DNA from: an uncultured Bacillota bacterium
Lineage (GTDB): Bacteria > Bacillota_I > Bacilli_A > RFN20 > CAG-826
Direction: 5' to 3'
Assembly (NCBI GenBank): GCA_949298295.1
Contig: CASFWS010000001.1
Location: forward strand, 2,627-31,104
Length of the DNA stretch: 28,478 nucleotides
A program made the position numbers and the translations under genes. How positions within the stretch are numbered: position 1 is the stretch's first letter; the number at the start of each line of letters is the position of its first letter. The notes below the pieces were generated by a model. The model was not told where the DNA came from. It made no database searches and saw nothing but the letters and a program-made list of their open reading frames with translations. Of the stretch, positions 24,235 to 28,478 are shown in pieces.

Positions 24235-25365
24235 ATGAAGAAAGCTCTTTTGATTTTGACCCTCGAAAAGACGGTCGCCGTGACCAACGCTGCTCTCTAC
24301 GGAGCCATCCTCGAAGCTCGGAAATCCTCGTTTATCGAAGGGATTTACGGGGCAAAATGCGGTTTGGAAGGTCTTCTCAACGACGATATCGTCGACCTTG
24401 AAAAGGAAGAGAAGGAGGAAATCGAGAAACTCCCCTTCCTTCCCGGATCGATCCTTGGGACATCCGGGATCGCCCTTTCCTACAACGACTGCACCCTCGA
24501 GATGGAAGCCATCAAGAAAGTCATCGCCCGTCTCAATATCGGCTATTTCCTCCTCCTTGGCGGGGAGAAAACATCTGAGCTTTCCCTTTCTTTGTCGACT
24601 TCCTTCCTCCTCGGGGGAATCGAGGCCTCGGTCCTTTGCCTACCGATGAGCGAAGATAACGCCATCGCGATGAGCGACCATTCTCTTGGCTACCCTTCGG
24701 CGGCCATGCGTCTACTTTCGAGCGTCCGCTCGATCGTCGAGGTCGCCCGTTCTCTCCGAAATAGGAAGGTCTATCTCCTTTCCGTCGAGGATACGAGCAA
24801 CGGGAGCCTTTCCTCTTCCGCCTTCCTTTTGCCCGAAGAGGAGCGCCCCGACCTCATCTATCCGCTCGAAAGCGCGGCGACTAAAGAAGAAGTCCTCGCT
24901 TCTATTTCCGAGGTCCTTTCCGCGAAAAGGGAAGCCATCGTCTTGGCCGACCGCGCCTTCATCGAGCGGACGGGACTCGAGCAAATGCCTTTCGGGGTTC
25001 CTGCTGAGAAGATTCCCCTTACCTATTTCCATCGTTCCGGGCCCGAGGGACTTGCTTCCCTCGACGTCTGGGAGGCCGAGTCGGCGGCCCGGCTGGCCGT
25101 CCTTTCCTTCAAGAACGGGGAAAGCGGGAAGATGGCCTCGATCGTCCGCGAGAAGGATGTTCCTTATGAATCGAGCCTTACCCTCGTCCCCCTTGGGCAA
25201 GCCGTCGGCGCCCGTCGGCCTTTTCCAAAGGAGTGGATCGTTTCCCCAAGCGAAGGGAGCCCCGAGCTTCGTTCCTATCTATCGCCCCTCGTTTCCGGGG
25301 AGGCGGCCATCCCGCCCTCCCTTCTCCTTAAGGCCGGCCCTAACCTTCTTTATAAGAAGGTCTAG
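24235..25365 (+). CDS. Phosphofructokinase-family protein (PPi/ATP-PFK-like) with degenerate catalytic motifs
   Basis: The PFK pattern is clear overall (AVTNAAL.G, IYGAK.GLEGLL..DIVDL, PGSILGTS, DHSLGYPSAA, PDLIYPLE, GESGKMASI.R), but GGP, GGxDS, PKTIDND and MGR appear as LEK, GGEKT, PMSEDNA and EDT. Confidence 0.75.
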   Translation: MKKALLILTLEKTVAVTNAALYGAILEARKSSFIEGIYGAKCGLEGLLNDDIVDLEKEEKEEIEKLPFLPGSILGTSGIALSYNDCTLEMEAIKKVIARLNIGYFLLLGGEKTSELSLSLSTSFLLGGIEASVLCLPMSEDNAIAMSDHSLGYPSAAMRLLSSVRSIVEVARSLRNRKVYLLSVEDTSNGSLSSSAFLLPEEERPDLIYPLESAATKEEVLASISEVLSAKREAIVLADRAFIERTGLEQMPFGVPAEKIPLTYFHRSGPEGLASLDVWEAESAARLAVLSFKNGESGKMASIVREKDVPYESSLTLVPLGQAVGARRPFPKEWIVSPSEGSPELRSYLSPLVSGEAAIPPSLLLKAGPNLLYKKV

Positions 25366-25371
25366 TTTGCC

Positions 25372-25400
25372 TATAATGGCCTCGAAAAGGAGCAAAAAAC
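25372..25400 (+). promoter_or_regulatory. -10 box and SD of gpmA
   Basis: TATAAT at 25372-25377, then AAGGAG about 8 nt before ATG 25401. Confidence 0.5.
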
Positions 25401-26105
25401 ATGTTACTAGTACTCTGCCGGCACGGGCAAAGCGAATGGAACCTCAAGAACCTCTTCACCGGCTGGACCGACGTCGATCTTTCCGAGAAGGGCGTCGAGG
25501 AAGCCCGGGAAGCGGGAAAGGCCCTCAAGGCCAACGGCTTCAGCTTCGACGTCGCCTACAGCTCGGTCCTCAAGCGGGCCAACCGGACGATGGACCTCAT
25601 CCTCGAAGAACTCGGCGAAGAAGATATCGAGAAGCATTATTCGTGGCGTCTCAACGAGCGCCACTACGGGGCTCTTCAGGGCCTGAACAAGGCCGATAGC
25701 GCCAAGAAGTGGGGCGACGAGCAAGTCCACGTCTGGCGGCGGAGCGCCAACGTACCCCCGCCCGCCCTTACCGAGGACGATCCGCGCTTCCCGGGGCGCG
25801 ACCCGAAGTACCAAGCCCTCGTCGAAAGCGGGGAGATGAGCAAGGAAGACCTCCCGCTTACCGAGTGCCTCGTCGATACCGCCAAGCGGGTCAAGCCCTA
25901 CTTCGTCGGAACCATCCTCCCGGCCCTCAAAGCTGGCAAGAAGGTTCTCATCGCCGCCCATGGCAATAGCCTCCGGGCCCTCGTGATGGAACTCGAGCAT
26001 CTGACGGCCGACGAGATCGTCTCCGTCGAGATCCCGACCGGGAAACCCCTTGTCTACGAACTCGACGATGCGACCCTTGCGGTCAAGACAAAGTACTATC
26101 TCTAA
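25401..26105 (+). CDS. gpmA: 2,3-bisphosphoglycerate-dependent phosphoglycerate mutase
   Basis: [60 protein letters not shown] and [11 protein letters not shown]. Confidence 0.97.
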   Translation: MLLVLCRHGQSEWNLKNLFTGWTDVDLSEKGVEEAREAGKALKANGFSFDVAYSSVLKRANRTMDLILEELGEEDIEKHYSWRLNERHYGALQGLNKADSAKKWGDEQVHVWRRSANVPPPALTEDDPRFPGRDPKYQALVESGEMSKEDLPLTECLVDTAKRVKPYFVGTILPALKAGKKVLIAAHGNSLRALVMELEHLTADEIVSVEIPTGKPLVYELDDATLAVKTKYYL

Positions 26106-26124
26106 TCGCTTCGACCGTCTCTCC

Positions 26125-26148
26125 AAGGACCCTTAGGGGTCCTTTTTC
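26125..26148 (+). terminator. Intrinsic terminator after gpmA
   Basis: AAGGACCC-TTAG-GGGTCCTT followed by TTTC. Confidence 0.8.
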
Positions 26149-26293
26149 GTCCCTTCTCTTTTTCGTGGAAGCGATGGTAGAAACCGTATTGCCACGACTC
26201 CATCGGTCTTTTGCCATCATGCGTCCCATTTCTGATTTGCTTAAGGCCGCGCTTTGGCCTAATGTAGTCTTGCTTAGGCAAGGAGGCTTTGTC

Positions 26294-27355
26294 ATGGCCC
26301 GTAAACAATTGATTGCCCTTATCGCTTCGGCGGCTCTTCTCGTTTCCTGCGGGGAGAGTGCCGCCTCTTCTTCCCTCTCCTCCTCGGAAGCTGGAAGCTC
26401 AACCTCTTCCTCTTCGAGCGTCGAGAAGACCCCGGAGCAGCTTTTCCAGTCCGAGATCACGAAAGGCCTCGTCAAATTTGCCGCGGCCGACCGCCTTCAG
26501 CTCGACGTCGACTTCTCCCTTGTCGGAAGCGTCACGATGGTAAGTTACGCCCTCGACGAGGAAAACTCGACGGAAGAGGTCCCGGTCTATACCGACGAAA
26601 TCGCCTCGACGACCGTCATCGGCATCAACGAGCTGACCGTCGCCGGTAGCCTCATTGCCGAAGGGATCCAAGGCGAGGATGAGTCTTTCCGCCTCGGGGC
26701 CGTCTCTGACGGCTCCCTCGACGTGGCGATCCCGACCGGCGAGACTTCGATGGCCATCAAGGACGACCACCTCGATTTCTCGGCCTATGTCATCGACGAG
26801 AAAGTGTATATCGATGCCTCGGGGATCCTCGAATCCTACATGCCGATTCTCATGGCCCTTCTCCAGCAACAAGGGCTAAGCGACCTTCCCCCTCTCGACT
26901 CGCCCTTCTACATCCAAAGCGACGCGGCGAGCATCGCGAGCATCAAGGAAGGGTTCCTAACCTACGGGCGGACCCTCTTCACGAACTTCACCGAAGCCTT
27001 CGGCGAGCCAGAGTATAGCAACCAGAACCACACGGCGAGCGTCGACCTCACGGCCGAGGCTCTCGAGGGGCTTCTCCAAGGCCTTGACCCGACGATGTCC
27101 CCGAGCCTAGGAAACTTCACCTTCGAGAATCTTGTCCTCTCGGAGACCTTCACCGATCCGAAGATGCATTACGACATCGAGGGCGGGGTGGCGATGGATA
27201 CCGTCAACCTCGGAAACGGAACTGGGCTTGCCTTCGATCTCGAGCTCGGCTTGACCGTCGGGATGACTTATAACGCCCCGGTCCTCGAAGTTCCGACCGA
27301 TGAAGAACTCGCCGAGTACGAGGAATACGTTCCCGGCGCCTCCGCGGCAGCCTGA
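26294..27355 (+). CDS. Lipoprotein of unknown function (paralog A)
   Basis: SD AGGAGG before ATG 26294; lipobox LVSC; Ser-rich linker; acidic, beta-rich body. Confidence 0.75.
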   Translation: MARKQLIALIASAALLVSCGESAASSSLSSSEAGSSTSSSSSVEKTPEQLFQSEITKGLVKFAAADRLQLDVDFSLVGSVTMVSYALDEENSTEEVPVYTDEIASTTVIGINELTVAGSLIAEGIQGEDESFRLGAVSDGSLDVAIPTGETSMAIKDDHLDFSAYVIDEKVYIDASGILESYMPILMALLQQQGLSDLPPLDSPFYIQSDAASIASIKEGFLTYGRTLFTNFTEAFGEPEYSNQNHTASVDLTAEALEGLLQGLDPTMSPSLGNFTFENLVLSETFTDPKMHYDIEGGVAMDTVNLGNGTGLAFDLELGLTVGMTYNAPVLEVPTDEELAEYEEYVPGASAAA

Positions 27356-27377
27356 TCTACCGACCTAAACTCCCCTT

Positions 27378-27400
27378 GCCCCTCCTCGGAGGGGCGTTTT
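27378..27400 (+). terminator. Intrinsic terminator between the two lipoprotein genes
   Basis: GCCCCTC-CTCG-GAGGGGC followed by GTTTT. Confidence 0.7.
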
Positions 27401-27462
27401 CGTTTGCTATTTCTTTGCCGTTCCTTTTGCTAAACTTTAAGTACCTTAAGGAGGTGGAAACC

Positions 27463-28410
27463 ATGAACAAAGCCTTAGCCTTACTCCCCCTTGGTCTTGT
27501 TGGGCTTCTTTTTAGCTGCAGCCCGGACCAACAGACGGCTTCTTTCCCGAGCCAAGAGGGCGAAAGCGATTATTCTTCCTTCGTTTCGAGGCAGGAGGCG
27601 GCCCAAAGGAAGGTCGCGACCGCGGACGGAATGAAGATCGACGCCCATGCCGCGGGAACTCTCTATTACGAAAGCGGGGATACCACGCTCAATCTTAGCC
27701 AATTGGAAGCTTCCTTTTCCCTCACGGCCGCCGGCCTCAATGAGGGAAAGGTTTCCGAGCTTGCCCTCGGGGCGACCTCAGAAGGGACCTTGGCCCTAAG
27801 CGTCGGGAACGGTTCATCGAGCGCCGACTTAAATACCCCGATCGACGCCTCGCTCTTCCTTCGGGAAGGCCAAGTTTATATCGACCTCACGAAGATCGCC
27901 TGGTCCTCGATCGTCGGGGACTCGTCGAGCCTTCCTCCGGTTTTTGCCGATAAGGTCGTAAGCGTGGGCCTCGAAAGTGATCAAGATGCGGCCTCGACCG
28001 CCGAAGAACTCCGGACGATGGCCGACGATCTGTTCTTCGGCCTTGCCGAGGGTGCTGGGGAAGAGACGACCTATTACGAATACGCGGACGGCTCCGTCGG
28101 CTTCGAGGCCCCGATGAGCAAGGATGCCCTGGCGTTGATCATTGCCCAGAATGTCGATCCGACCGCTTCCATGGAGGACATGCTCGTCTTAGCCGCGGAA
28201 ATCGCCGGGGGCATCGATTTGACGACCTTCCTTGTCAAGGTGGCCTATGGCGAGGACCTCGCCCATCTCTCCTTCGATGTCGACCTGACGTTCGATACGG
28301 GAGAGGGGGAAACGGCGGATGTCGACATGACGCTCGATATGGGGGCTGTCTTCTCCGACGAACTCGACGTTGAATTCCCGACCGACCTCGACACCTACGT
28401 CGAAGCCTAA
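27463..28410 (+). CDS. Lipoprotein of unknown function (paralog B)
   Basis: SD AAGGAGGTG before ATG 27463; lipobox LFSC; shares LGA.S(D/E)G(S/T)L, VYID and C-terminal PTD motifs with paralog A. Confidence 0.75.
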   Translation: MNKALALLPLGLVGLLFSCSPDQQTASFPSQEGESDYSSFVSRQEAAQRKVATADGMKIDAHAAGTLYYESGDTTLNLSQLEASFSLTAAGLNEGKVSELALGATSEGTLALSVGNGSSSADLNTPIDASLFLREGQVYIDLTKIAWSSIVGDSSSLPPVFADKVVSVGLESDQDAASTAEELRTMADDLFFGLAEGAGEETTYYEYADGSVGFEAPMSKDALALIIAQNVDPTASMEDMLVLAAEIAGGIDLTTFLVKVAYGEDLAHLSFDVDLTFDTGEGETADVDMTLDMGAVFSDELDVEFPTDLDTYVEA

Positions 28411-28426
28411 GCGTTGCCTCCTAAAG

Positions 28427-28457
28427 AAAGACCCATCCTTCAGGGATGGGCTTTTTT
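28427..28457 (+). terminator. Intrinsic terminator after paralog B
   Basis: CCCATCC-TTCAG-GGATGGG followed by CTTTTTT. Confidence 0.8.
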
Positions 28458-28478
28458 CGTCTCAAAGCTGGTGCCTAG

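Noticed and set aside
24686-25699. 337-aa alternative-frame ORF
   Set aside because: Overlaps the PFK-like gene and gpmA; its Arg/Ser/Pro-rich composition is typical of off-frame translation of GC-rich DNA.
26165-26293. Upstream GTG/TTG extensions in the ORF track (also 7969, 10988, 12480, 14173, 18227, 23068, 24217, 27376)
   Set aside because: Internal ATGs with SD motifs, signal peptides at the N-terminus, or stop-start coupling give better starts.

Overview
Bacterial DNA; the small lipoproteins, SD usage and gene content suggest a high-GC gut Bacilli/Mollicutes-related lineage (inference only). The window has four parts. (1) 1-5460 is an accessory/defence patch with visibly AT-richer genes: a partial AAA_14/DUF4143-type ATPase, an IS256-family element whose SD-supported start is out of frame, a small basic ORF plus a 3-TM ORF, a decayed IS30-like remnant, and an AbiH-family gene. 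(2) 5570-11768 holds a CBM-like/esterase lipoprotein with a premature stop, a divergent XRE regulator, ugd, and an orphan class III nucleotide cyclase resembling Pycsar-type cyclases. (3) 12507-24201 is a nine-gene co-oriented cluster whose last seven genes are translationally coupled: two TasA/CalY-like SipW-substrate paralogs, a SipW-type signal peptidase, a membrane-anchored McrB-like AAA+ NTPase, a DUF2357/McrC-like protein with no visible nuclease motif but a C-terminal Zn ribbon, an ABC exporter, an Ig/beta-helix surface protein and a collagen-like repeat lipoprotein. This is the best candidate for an undescribed system: an McrBC-derived motor apparently co-opted into a surface-fibre/export machine. 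(4) 24235-28478 carries a phosphofructokinase homolog with degenerate catalytic motifs, gpmA, and two paralogous lipoproteins. I saw no rRNA, tRNA or CRISPR array. All family assignments come from motif recognition by eye, not database searches.
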